From Roseiarcus sp. (GTDB taxonomy: Bacteria; Pseudomonadota; Alphaproteobacteria; Rhizobiales; Beijerinckiaceae), in contig JBEKFO010000001.1 in NCBI GenBank assembly GCA_050013275.1, positions 1,792 through 65,791 on the forward strand: a DNA stretch of 64,000 nt, written 5' to 3'. The notes below the pieces were generated by a model. It made no database searches, was not told the origin of the DNA, and was given only the letters and a program-made list of their open reading frames with translations. The position numbers and the translations under genes are program-made. Positions 20,663-30,009 of this stretch are shown here, one piece after another. How positions within the stretch are numbered: the first letter of the stretch is position 1; each line of letters begins with the position of its first letter.

Positions 20663-21766
20663 ATGAAGAACCGTGATGACGCCGACAAGAAGGACGTAAG
20701 CGCGTATCCGCTGATCGCCTATGTTCATGTGCCCAAGACAGCGGGGACGACCGTCAAGAAAATTCTCAATGTTTGCGCGTTCGGCGGAGATGTCGTTGAC
20801 GATCCTGCTTCATTCCTCAATCTTGCGCGTAAGTTCGCTTGGATTGGCGGCCACGTGCCACGTGACCACTTGGCGAGCGGGTTGATCTGGATCGATCGAC
20901 CTATCGAATATTTCTCAACCGTTCGCGAACCTGCGATCCAACTCGTTTCCAATTTGAATTTCGCTTGGAAGCGAGCCGGCGAAGATCACTACTACGATCT
21001 GCATACCTTGCGCCAGCAACAGGTCGATGCCGAGGTGATGTCGACGGATTTCTCCGATCTTGCCGCTGTCAAGTCTCTTCTTCTGCGACGCGCGGAATAT
21101 TTTCTGAATACGCAATCGTTGTACGTACTCGGCGCTGACTTTCTTTATATTTCGGACGATGAATTCGCACGCAGACTGGCGACGTACACGTATGTGGCGA
21201 ACGACACCGACTTGCCCAAACTGTATCGGACGTTCGGTTTCGCGCAGCTTCCCGAAAACGTTGACGAAATCCGCGAAAATGTCGCCAAGCCTCATTTCGA
21301 CGCCCGTATTTTTGACAGCCCCGAGATGCGCGAGTTTCTCGCTTACCATCACCGACACGATCAACGCCTTTACGCCGCGGTCCGCCGCGCCTCTTGGCCT
21401 GCCGAAGGGCGCCGCCCCTTCCGACCTGCGTTCTTGGGGGGTCAAGTCTTTACGTTCGAGAATTTCGACGAGCAGGCCTATCTATACTCCAATCCAGAGG
21501 TAGCGGCCGCTATAAAGCGCGGGCAGTTTCGATCCGGCCGCGCCCATTTCGAGATATTTGGCTACAAAGAAAATCGCATGCGCCGGCGGTGGGTGTTGCC
21601 CACAGCGCCTGCCTCTGAACAGAAAGCGACCGCGGCGAACTCCTACGCCTCGTCGGTCCTGGAGCGCCTTCGTGAGCGGCGCGGGGACCGTGCGCGAATC
21701 GTACCGGAATTGCAAACGCCGGACGCGGATCGCGCTAAAGCGGCAGTGCCCTCGGCCATCACGTAG
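20663..21766 (+). CDS. Sulfotransferase family 2-like protein with one C-terminal FDxxxY repeat
   Basis: YVHVPKTAGTT (5'-PSB), WIGGH, FSTVREP...VS (3'-PB), DQRLY; repeat FDEQAYLYSNPEV...HFEIFGYKENR. Confidence 0.8.
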   Translation: MKNRDDADKKDVSAYPLIAYVHVPKTAGTTVKKILNVCAFGGDVVDDPASFLNLARKFAWIGGHVPRDHLASGLIWIDRPIEYFSTVREPAIQLVSNLNFAWKRAGEDHYYDLHTLRQQQVDAEVMSTDFSDLAAVKSLLLRRAEYFLNTQSLYVLGADFLYISDDEFARRLATYTYVANDTDLPKLYRTFGFAQLPENVDEIRENVAKPHFDARIFDSPEMREFLAYHHRHDQRLYAAVRRASWPAEGRRPFRPAFLGGQVFTFENFDEQAYLYSNPEVAAAIKRGQFRSGRAHFEIFGYKENRMRRRWVLPTAPASEQKATAANSYASSVLERLRERRGDRARIVPELQTPDADRAKAAVPSAIT

Positions 21767-21879
21767 TTGTAATCATATCGGAATATCGGTGGTCGACGCT
21801 TCCGATCAATCGCCCCTCGTCATCCACTGCTTGGGCAAATTCTAGTAGGGCCAAATCGAACGGCTGTTTAGAGAGACCC

Positions 21880-24800
21880 ATGGGCATCTTCGGAAGATTG
21901 TCTTCAAGGAAGTCCAAAGCCATCAGTCGTTTGGCCGAAGAAATCGAAATCCTCCGCAAGTCGCCGCTGCTCGACCCGGTATGGTACCGGCAAACCTACC
22001 CCGACCTCCGCGACGCGCCAATCGATGTCGCCCGGCATTATCTCGAGTACGGGGCGTCTGAAGGACGCAATCCGAGTCCCCTCTTCGACACGAAGGCGTA
22101 TCTGCAACAAAATCCCGATGTCGCCGCTTCGGGCGCAAATCCGCTTGTGCACTTCTTGCGGCATAGCGCCAAGGAAGCTCAAAGCGTCCATTTTGTGGGC
22201 GAGGAATCGGGACTCCCGGCCCCTTCTTCGGCTTTAGGCCGAAGCGGCACGATTGATCCTAGCCTCGATTTCGATGCGGACTGGTATTTACGCGAAAATC
22301 CGGACGTTGCTGGTGGGGTTTTCGAGCCTTGCGAGCACTATTTGCGCGTCGGCAAGGCGCAAATGCGTCATCCGAGATTCGACGCAGACTTCTACATGGC
22401 GGAATATCCTGATGTCGCAGCGGCGGGGGTCGACCCATACCAGCACTATTTACAGAACGGGAAGTCCGAAGGCCGCCATCCTGCGTTCAACAGGGTTTGG
22501 TACCTCGCTGAATATCCTGACGTTGCGGCAGCTGGGGTCGACCCATACCAGCACTATTTGCAGAACGGGAGGTCCGAAGGCCGCGAGCCCGCGTTCAACA
22601 GGGACTGGTACTTGCGCGAAAATCCAGATGTCGCCGCGGCTGGCGTCGACCCGTATGAGCATTACGCAACAGTTGGCAAGACAGAGGGTCGCGCGGCATA
22701 TTCCTGGGGTCGGCGACGCTCTAGTCACCGCGCTCGGAGCGAAGCATTCCCAATTTCCTACGATTCCGAGTATCAGGCCAATGAAGAGTTCGGTCACTGC
22801 TCTACCGATATCAAGGCGATCGCGTTTTATCTGCCACAATTCCATGAGTGCGAGCAAAATAATAGGTGGTGGGGACACGGGTTTACGGAATGGAATAATA
22901 CACGACGATCACGCCCACGTTTTATCGAACACTATCAGCCGCGAGAACCCCACGATCACATCGGATACTACGACCTTTCAGATGTATCGACGCTGAGACG
23001 GCAGGCGCGCTTGGCTCGTGAGCACGGGATTTACGGATTTTGTTTTTATCACTATTGGTTTTCTGGCACACGTGTCTTAGAGAAGCCGGTCGACCTTCTT
23101 ATCGCGACACCGGATATAGAGATTCCTTTCTGTTTGTGCTGGGCCAACGAGAACTGGACTAGAACCTGGGATGGCTTGGATGCGGACATCCTTCTCAAAC
23201 AAAATTACAGCGAGGATGACCCACCGCGTTTCATACAAGACATAGCCCCATACCTCATTGATCCGCGCTATATTCGCATAGATAACAAGCCTGTTATCAT
23301 GGTATACAAGGCGCATTTGATTCCCAACGTAGGCGCCGTATTCGATTCATGGCGTCATCATTGGCGGGAAATGACCGGCGGTGAACTGATCATCTGGTGC
23401 AACCGAACGAACCACGAAGACACCAGCGTTAGAAAGTTGGGACCCGCAATTGACGCCGTCGTGGAGTTTCCTCCCCACGTCGTCCCATACGAGATAGATC
23501 AAAGGCATTTGGGCATAGAGGCAACTGGTCGCTTTTATGATTATCAACACCTTGTGGCGGATATCATTGCCGGGACGGAGCGAACAGAGAACCCGTCGTC
23601 GGCATTCTACCGATCTGTAATGCTGGGATGGGACAATTCTGCTCGCCGAAGCGAAGGATGGTCGGTTTGGTATGGATTTTCACTGGACGCATACTACGAG
23701 TGGCTTCGCACCGTCATTGCGTATACGCGCAACGCGTTTCCGACGGACCAGCGCTTTGTTTTCATTAATGCCTGGAATGAATGGGCCGAAGGAACGTATC
23801 TGGAACCTGATAAACGATGCGGATACGCGAACATAAATACGACTTCGAGGGCCCTGTTCGATCTTCCTCGTGAACCGCTCCCACAAGTGCTGGCGCATTC
23901 GGAAGGACGGGGTGAATGCAATCCGGGAACAATTGCCGTCCATGCGCATATTTACTTCGAGGATGTGGCCGACGAACTATTGCGATATATAAACAATATA
24001 CCCTATCCGTTCGATCTATATATAACAACTGACACGAGTGGCAAACGCGATCTAATTAGGCAGAAATTTGAAAAAGACGGCCGCCAGGCTTCACTAGCAG
24101 TCATCCAGACAGCGAATGTTGGACGGGATATAGCTCCCCTGCTCGTGGCGCTCGGACGAAAGCTCGCCAACTACGATTATATTGGGCATTTTCACACGAA
24201 AAAATCGACTACGGTTGATTGGGGGGATCGTTGGCGCCGGTATTTGCTTGACAACCTTCTCGGCAGCAGCAGCTCGGTCCGAGCCGTCTTTCAGGAATTT
24301 GGTCGTGCGAGGCAAGTTGGGCTAATTTATCCTCCGACGTATCCGCTTGTCGCGCCGCATGCCGATTGGGGTGGCATGAAGGAGCGTTGCCGCGCCTTAC
24401 TGAGCGAGATAGGCGCCGACATTTGGCTTCCCGAGCGTCCAAGGTTCCCGGCTGGCAACATGTTTTGGGCTCGGACCGCCGCAATTCGATCGATTCTGGG
24501 GCGCACGTGGCATTACGACCAGTTCGAGGCCGAAGAGGGACAAGTTGAGAATACAACCGCGCACTGCGTCGAACGGCTTTGGCGCTATATTGCATCGAGC
24601 GCCGGTTACGAGACACGCGAGGCGTTGCTCAGAGATAGGGCGCTGAAAGTGGCGATGGCCGCTAGCTACCGGCGCTTAACGATATTTTCTCACTACGACA
24701 AGCGGAACGTGATTAGCGATTCAGACATATTCTATGTGAAATCGCTTAAGGATGCAGAGAGCGATGTCGTTTTCGTTTCAAATTGCGAACTGTCGAGCGA

Positions 24801-25479
24801 ACAACGGGCGTCGGTAACTCCTTATGTCGAATCGCTGTTGCAACGAAGCAACGTCGGATTTGATTTTAGCGCGTGGCGCGATTGCATTGACACGATCGGT
24901 TGGACGCGACTGAGGGCGTACGATGAACTCGTCTTGGCAAACAATAGTTGCTACGGGCCTATTTTTCCGTTGCGCGAAATGTTCGCGGCAATGACTGATA
25001 GATGTTGTGATTTTTGGGCGATTACTGGATTTCCGTCTCTGCGCAACTCGCCAAGAGCAGAGGCATCCCTGCTGCCGGGGAGGAACATACCATTGCACCT
25101 ACAGAGTTACTTTATGGCGTTCAGGAAATCGGTATTGCGGTCGGACGCATTTGCTCGTTTTTGGAGTCAGGTTGAGGATCAAGTTGATCTCATCGCGGTA
25201 GTAGCTCAATACGAGAGCCAGCTTACTCGTATTCTCTCCGAGGCGGGGTTTCGATGGGATTGTTACTTGCCGGAAACGTTCGTTATGCAAGAACGCAATA
25301 CCCGTGATCCCGAATTCAACGCCACCTACTGCCAACCCGCTGAGACAATTTTGATGCGGGCCCCCTTTGTTAAGAAGAAGGCCGCCATGTATGCGCCCGA
25401 TCAGATCGACAAAGCGACAAAATTGATTCGGCGCTTTGGATATTACCCGGGTTCTCTTGCGCTTTGGGGCTGCGGATAA
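21880..25479 (+). CDS. Multidomain glycan synthesis protein: six N-terminal repeats + WbsX/GH99-like domain + two RgpF (rhamnan synthesis F) domains
   Basis: AFYLPQFH, WWG.GFTEW, FCFYHYWF, LCWANENW, GWDNSAR, NAWNEWAEG; then AVHAHIYF, NVGRDIAP, HTKKS, FPAGNMFWAR, HCVERL; then NVGFDFSAW, NNSCYGP, HLQSYF. Confidence 0.9.
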   Translation: MGIFGRLSSRKSKAISRLAEEIEILRKSPLLDPVWYRQTYPDLRDAPIDVARHYLEYGASEGRNPSPLFDTKAYLQQNPDVAASGANPLVHFLRHSAKEAQSVHFVGEESGLPAPSSALGRSGTIDPSLDFDADWYLRENPDVAGGVFEPCEHYLRVGKAQMRHPRFDADFYMAEYPDVAAAGVDPYQHYLQNGKSEGRHPAFNRVWYLAEYPDVAAAGVDPYQHYLQNGRSEGREPAFNRDWYLRENPDVAAAGVDPYEHYATVGKTEGRAAYSWGRRRSSHRARSEAFPISYDSEYQANEEFGHCSTDIKAIAFYLPQFHECEQNNRWWGHGFTEWNNTRRSRPRFIEHYQPREPHDHIGYYDLSDVSTLRRQARLAREHGIYGFCFYHYWFSGTRVLEKPVDLLIATPDIEIPFCLCWANENWTRTWDGLDADILLKQNYSEDDPPRFIQDIAPYLIDPRYIRIDNKPVIMVYKAHLIPNVGAVFDSWRHHWREMTGGELIIWCNRTNHEDTSVRKLGPAIDAVVEFPPHVVPYEIDQRHLGIEATGRFYDYQHLVADIIAGTERTENPSSAFYRSVMLGWDNSARRSEGWSVWYGFSLDAYYEWLRTVIAYTRNAFPTDQRFVFINAWNEWAEGTYLEPDKRCGYANINTTSRALFDLPREPLPQVLAHSEGRGECNPGTIAVHAHIYFEDVADELLRYINNIPYPFDLYITTDTSGKRDLIRQKFEKDGRQASLAVIQTANVGRDIAPLLVALGRKLANYDYIGHFHTKKSTTVDWGDRWRRYLLDNLLGSSSSVRAVFQEFGRARQVGLIYPPTYPLVAPHADWGGMKERCRALLSEIGADIWLPERPRFPAGNMFWARTAAIRSILGRTWHYDQFEAEEGQVENTTAHCVERLWRYIASSAGYETREALLRDRALKVAMAASYRRLTIFSHYDKRNVISDSDIFYVKSLKDAESDVVFVSNCELSSEQRASVTPYVESLLQRSNVGFDFSAWRDCIDTIGWTRLRAYDELVLANNSCYGPIFPLREMFAAMTDRCCDFWAITGFPSLRNSPRAEASLLPGRNIPLHLQSYFMAFRKSVLRSDAFARFWSQVEDQVDLIAVVAQYESQLTRILSEAGFRWDCYLPETFVMQERNTRDPEFNATYCQPAETILMRAPFVKKKAAMYAPDQIDKATKLIRRFGYYPGSLALWGCG
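22270..22701 (+). repeat. Four 108-bp (36-aa) coding tandem repeats
   Basis: Units at 22270, 22378, 22486 and 22594; units 2 and 3 nearly identical (YPDVAAAGVDPYQHYLQNG[KR]SEGR). Confidence 0.92.
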
Positions 25480-25502
25480 GCGAAACAAATGAGGAGACAC
25501 AA

Positions 25503-26666
25503 GTGACCAGAGTCACGAACTCTTGTCGCTGGCTGACTGCCGCGATTGTATGTGCCCAGTTTTTCTTCGCTTCGGTGGCCCTTGCGGGCAACGACACGAT
25601 CCCTTGCGCAATCCGGTGGGACGCATTTGATACCGGGCTCAGTAATTCTATTAACAAGGACGTCACGCGCACCCTTTCTCCAGCGATATATTGGTCGCGC
25701 GCGCCATGGTATTCAGTGCCAAACGGCGCGAATAGCATGATAATTGACGGCGACATTCAGGCGATCATGGATCAGGAGATCAGGTACGCCCACGACGCCG
25801 GTCTTACCTGCTGGGTATATCTCTGGTACGGCGTAAACCATCCCATGCAGAACGCGTGGCGTTTGCATCAGGCAAGCTCGATAAAAAATGAGGTAAACTG
25901 GGCACAAATGCTTCCGTTTGGAGCAATACATGGACCGGGCGGGTTTAGTCAACTGACGCCGGAGATCATAAGCTACATGCGTCAGCAGAATTATCAAAGG
26001 GTGGTGAACGATCGACCTCTGTGGTTTCTGTTCGATGACGGCGGATACAAGACAGAGTTGCCGGGTTACTGGGGGAATAACCCGGCGGAATTCGCGACGG
26101 CGCTATTGAGGTTTCGGGCAGCGGTCCAGGCGGCCGGTCTCCCGAACCCATATATCGTAATGCTGGACGGAGGAGCGGACGGAAACGCAGCGACTGCGGC
26201 TAGCCTCGGCGCGGACGCCGTCTCGAATTACATACCGGACTTTGGAGCTGAGGCGCGCGCCAAGCCCTGGGCAAAGGTTGCGGCCTCGATTTCCTCTTAC
26301 TGGAAGCGGCTGGGAAGCTCCGCTTCAGCGCACGGAATTAAGGTGGTTCCGATCGCGGCGACAGGATGGGATACGAGGCCACGAAAGCAAAATGTGGTAT
26401 CGTGGGAAGTGGCAACAAGGCCACCCAATGAAGACCTGAGCGTCTACGACGTGCTACCGACTCCAAGGGAGCTGACAGTAGAGTTGCAAAGCAGTGTTTC
26501 GTATGTGACGAACAATCCGAAGATTGCCGACAGCAAGGTTGTCCTAATATATGCTTGGGACGAGTGCGATGAAGGCGGGAACTGCCTTATTCCCCATTAC
26601 AACCCGGCGGCTCCGGGCGTGCCTGATACGAGGATTCTCAATGCCTTTCGCGACGTTCATTGGTAA
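25503..26666 (+). CDS. Exported GH99/WbsX-like TIM-barrel protein (putative glycoside hydrolase)
   Basis: GTG start after GAGGAG; signal peptide (LTAAIVCAQFFFASVALA); MDQEIRYA, NYQRV..RP, GWDTRPR, IYAWDECDEGG. Confidence 0.65.
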   Translation: MTRVTNSCRWLTAAIVCAQFFFASVALAGNDTIPCAIRWDAFDTGLSNSINKDVTRTLSPAIYWSRAPWYSVPNGANSMIIDGDIQAIMDQEIRYAHDAGLTCWVYLWYGVNHPMQNAWRLHQASSIKNEVNWAQMLPFGAIHGPGGFSQLTPEIISYMRQQNYQRVVNDRPLWFLFDDGGYKTELPGYWGNNPAEFATALLRFRAAVQAAGLPNPYIVMLDGGADGNAATAASLGADAVSNYIPDFGAEARAKPWAKVAASISSYWKRLGSSASAHGIKVVPIAATGWDTRPRKQNVVSWEVATRPPNEDLSVYDVLPTPRELTVELQSSVSYVTNNPKIADSKVVLIYAWDECDEGGNCLIPHYNPAAPGVPDTRILNAFRDVHW

Positions 26667-26722
26667 CCGTCGGATCGCCTTCGAATTGCCGTGGTGATCC
26701 AGATTGCCGAACGGGCATCCTT

Positions 26723-27529
26723 CTACCAGTGAAGTATTCTCCCACGAACAAGGCGCTCTAACGTTAGTCCGACAAATAACATAACGATCGCGAATGAGAA
26801 CATGTAGGTCTTGTCGAGAATCGTGGCGCCGTAGCCTTCATAATAGGCCGATCGCATCCACTCTACGCCTTGCAAGGTCGGCAGATAGGAGAGGGGCACG
26901 CGAACGGATTCGGGCAGAGCGTCGGGCACGAACACGATGCCTGAAGATAGCCACAAGACAATCTGAAAGCCGAAAAAGAACATAATCGCGCCGGGAACGG
27001 CAGTAGCAACGATCGCGGCGATCACGCCGTAGGCGAGCCCGAGCAACATCATAGTGAGCAGCGCCAGACTCGCCTGCACGACGTCCAGTGGCATGAAATT
27101 GATCCCCAGCGCCCAGAAAATCGCGCAGACGATCAACACGACGAGGCCTGCGTTGAGCACTTCGACGATAGCGCTAGCGAAGAGAATATCCGTGAACTTC
27201 ACGAGCGGGAAAGCGAGGAGCGGCCGGTTGAACACGACGCCGAGCATAATCAACCGCGACATATATTGAAATCCGAGGTAGGGGACGAGGCCGGTTGCGA
27301 ACCACAGCGCAACGCTATCGCCATAGGGCGCGGTCCGACCGAGCCCGGTATTGATGAGAATGAGGATGAGGATATGCGAGAGCGGCCAGACGACCGTCAT
27401 CGCGAAGAACCCGAATTCATTGCCGCCAAAACGTGTCTTCAAGTTCCGCAGCATCAGCGCGTGGATGATCCGCCCTTGAGTCTTCAACATCCCGATAGTG
27501 TTCAGCGCGTAATCGGTCTGCATCGCCAT
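26723..27529 (-). CDS. kpsM: Capsule ABC transporter permease (KpsM/CtrC)
   Basis: ABC-2 membrane protein with ALMLRNLKTRFGG and P..QGVEWMRSAYY; about six TM segments. Confidence 0.9.
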   Translation of the reverse strand: MAMQTDYALNTIGMLKTQGRIIHALMLRNLKTRFGGNEFGFFAMTVVWPLSHILILILINTGLGRTAPYGDSVALWFATGLVPYLGFQYMSRLIMLGVVFNRPLLAFPLVKFTDILFASAIVEVLNAGLVVLIVCAIFWALGINFMPLDVVQASLALLTMMLLGLAYGVIAAIVATAVPGAIMFFFGFQIVLWLSSGIVFVPDALPESVRVPLSYLPTLQGVEWMRSAYYEGYGATILDKTYMFSFAIVMLFVGLTLERLVRGRILHW

Positions 27530-27545
27530 TCTCGCCCCGCCCCCG

Positions 27546-28847
27546 TCAGTAGCGATGATCGTCGATCGCCGCCGCGATCAGGGCGAAGATGCCCCAAAGG
27601 ATCGTCAGGCCGATCGGGATCAGCAGCGAAAGCGCCAAGCGCTGCGGAAACTTCGCCTCCTGCGGCAGCGCCGGGGGAACGAAGACGCTGACGTAGATGG
27701 CCTGCGCCTCGGCCTTCTGGCGGGCGCGCTCGAGGCTGTCCTGCGCCATCTCGTAGAGCTTTTCGGCGAAGACGCGCTGCATTTCGAGCTGTTCGTATTG
27801 GCTGAGGACGCCGGCGATGGTGGCGGCGCCCGCGGCGTTGCTGGTCAGCTTGGCCTTGAGGTCGTCGATCTGATGATCGAGCCCTTCGAGCCGCGTCTTC
27901 ATCGCCTGGACCGTGGGCGCGTCCGCCGACATCGCGCGCGTGGCGACGAACAGGTTGTTTTGCAGCTTGATCCGCTCGGCGAGCACGCCGGCGAGCAGCT
28001 CGCCGGTCGAGGCCGCCGACGCCACGGGATCGATCAGTCCCTGCTTGTCGCGGAACGCGCGCAGATCCGCGAGCGCGGCGACGACCTTGCCTTCGGCGCG
28101 GCGCACTTCGCCCTCGGCCCGCGTCATCGCGTCGGCGCGCGCGCGCGCCGAGACGGAATTGGCCAGCGCCTCGCTCGCCGCGATCACCGCCCGGGAAAGC
28201 GCGAGCGCGTCGTCGGGGCGGAACGCGCGCACGGTGACCGTCAGCACGCCCGAGGGCGCGTCGACGTAGACCGAGACCATGCCTTGCCAATAGGCCAGCA
28301 GCTCCTCGGCGCTCGCTCCGTCCTTCAGGCGAGCCCAGAAGTCGGCCTCGGGGCGACGAAAGATCGCGCCCAGATCGAGCGTCTTCGAGAGATCGTCGAC
28401 GACGGCGCGGCTGCGGATGTAGGTGGCGACGATGTAGGCGTCCTGGCCCGACATCGCCGGCGTCCCCATCGTCGCGGTGACCGAGGACAGCGCGGACTTC
28501 AGCTTGTCGTCGAGCGACTCCGTCTGCGCCGAGCGCACGGCGAACCGCGTCTCGGCGACGAACTGGTCCGAAGCGAGCAAGGCGAGATAGACGATCGCCG
28601 CGAAGGCGGGCGCCACGACCACCAGGAAGAAGCTGATGAGATAGACCGGCGGGCGCGCGCCCGGCGCGGCGACGGGCGCCATGCCCTGGGCGTCTTCGAT
28701 GATCGCGGGCGGAGCCGAGGGGCGCCTGCCGACGATGCGGCGCACCAGCGTCAGCGCGCCCGAGGCGAGCGGCGAAGCCGGCGCTCGCACCGGCGTCGCA
28801 AGGTCCGCGCGCCGTTCCTCCGTCGTCGCCTCGCTCTCGTCCCCCAT
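27546..28847 (-). CDS. kpsE: Capsule export inner-membrane protein (KpsE/CtrB, PCP-3), copy 1
   Basis: TM + ASDQFVAETRFAVRS, YIRSR, VRAFRPDDA, coiled coil, P..PQEAKFPQR + TM. Confidence 0.88.
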   Translation of the reverse strand: MGDESEATTEERRADLATPVRAPASPLASGALTLVRRIVGRRPSAPPAIIEDAQGMAPVAAPGARPPVYLISFFLVVVAPAFAAIVYLALLASDQFVAETRFAVRSAQTESLDDKLKSALSSVTATMGTPAMSGQDAYIVATYIRSRAVVDDLSKTLDLGAIFRRPEADFWARLKDGASAEELLAYWQGMVSVYVDAPSGVLTVTVRAFRPDDALALSRAVIAASEALANSVSARARADAMTRAEGEVRRAEGKVVAALADLRAFRDKQGLIDPVASAASTGELLAGVLAERIKLQNNLFVATRAMSADAPTVQAMKTRLEGLDHQIDDLKAKLTSNAAGAATIAGVLSQYEQLEMQRVFAEKLYEMAQDSLERARQKAEAQAIYVSVFVPPALPQEAKFPQRLALSLLIPIGLTILWGIFALIAAAIDDHRY

Positions 28848-28942
28848 CCGCCGTCCGATCGTTCCCTCAATATCGCGGCAAGACCCGCCCCCGCGCCGAG
28901 GCCGGCGCGCAGCGTGAAGATGATAGCGGTTCTCGCTGCAAA

Positions 28943-29977
28943 TTACTGCAGTTTCTTGAACGCGCTGGCGACGTGGTCATAGAGCTCCAAGTCCTTTTCC
29001 AGCAAAGCGTCGACGACGCGGCTGCGCTTGAGCGCGCGGGCGAGCGTTCCCACCGAGCGGAACTTGGTGAATTCCGGCAATCCCATGGGATCGCATTCGG
29101 TCATCTCCGCCATGGCGGCGAGAATCGTCTCGGGCTGGCGGCGCAGACCGACGACCGTGAACGACGCGAGAACGTCGAGCGCGGTCGAAACCGCGCGCCC
29201 GGGAGGCATTTCGTCGGGCGTTCGCGCCGTCAATTGACGTACGACCGGATTGGAGAGGGCGTGGGCGACGCTCGCCGGCATTTTGTACAGCGCCTTGCGC
29301 AGCGCGTCGTCGTCGTGAACGGGGAGCGACTGCGCGAATTCGATCGTCGAATGCAGGCTCATGCTGTCGCGCATGCCCAAGACGTCCTTGCCGACTTTCT
29401 TGATTTGGCCGAGGACGAGCAACCGTTCGGCCATCTCCTCGAACGGATGGTGCATCACAAATACCGTCTCGAAATGCGATTCGATGTAATGCCTATAGTT
29501 GTCATATAAGATGCGCCCCGACAGATAGACCGAATTCACGTGATTGAGCAGAAACAATTGCGTCGTGGTTTCGCGGCCGAGCGCCTCTATCCCGCGCGCG
29601 AAATACTGGAATTGCGGTTTGAGCGCGTCGTCGAGGCGCCACAGCGGGAACAGATGGGTTTCGATGCGCAGGATCTTCTTGCGCACGTGGCGCCGGTCGG
29701 GTCGGCGATAGAGCAATAAATTGGTGTCGGCGTCATGGAGTTCCAGGTCGGCCATGCCGGCGAGCCCTGGCAGGACGCCTTCGTGAATGCGAAAACCGCA
29801 TTCGCCGGTCTGATGACGCCCGGCGTCGACCAACGCCTGCCGGGTCTCGTTGGCGGCCAACGAAAGCACGTCTTCGCCGTTGCTGCGCGCGACGATCCTC
29901 GCCGCGCCGGCTACGCTATCGGGGACAAAATAGAAGACGATGGTGTCGCCCGCGTCCGCTTCGAGATTGAACAGCAT
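28943..29977 (-). CDS. Conserved hypothetical protein with possible degenerate sulfotransferase fold
   Basis: 344 aa co-oriented between two kpsE genes; YLSGR, FVMHHPFEE..ERL, LASFTVVGL and DLELY echo Sulfotransfer_2 landmarks, but the PKT loop is absent. Confidence 0.7.
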   Translation of the reverse strand: MLFNLEADAGDTIVFYFVPDSVAGAARIVARSNGEDVLSLAANETRQALVDAGRHQTGECGFRIHEGVLPGLAGMADLELHDADTNLLLYRRPDRRHVRKKILRIETHLFPLWRLDDALKPQFQYFARGIEALGRETTTQLFLLNHVNSVYLSGRILYDNYRHYIESHFETVFVMHHPFEEMAERLLVLGQIKKVGKDVLGMRDSMSLHSTIEFAQSLPVHDDDALRKALYKMPASVAHALSNPVVRQLTARTPDEMPPGRAVSTALDVLASFTVVGLRRQPETILAAMAEMTECDPMGLPEFTKFRSVGTLARALKRSRVVDALLEKDLELYDHVASAFKKLQ

Positions 29978-30009
29978 CCGTTGGCTCGCGCCCCTTCAGT
30001 CGGCCGCAC

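Larger units (their letters stand above)
20663..27529. other. Lower-GC glycan-specific cassette
   Basis: Many A/T-ending codons; spot count 23941-24000 = 23/60 GC versus 48/60 at 19201-19260; abrupt return to high GC at ~27540. Confidence 0.75.

Noticed and set aside
22270-22701. Regularly spaced repeats considered as a CRISPR array
   Set aside because: Units are 108-bp in-frame coding repeats with synonymous variation; no unique spacers and no cas genes.
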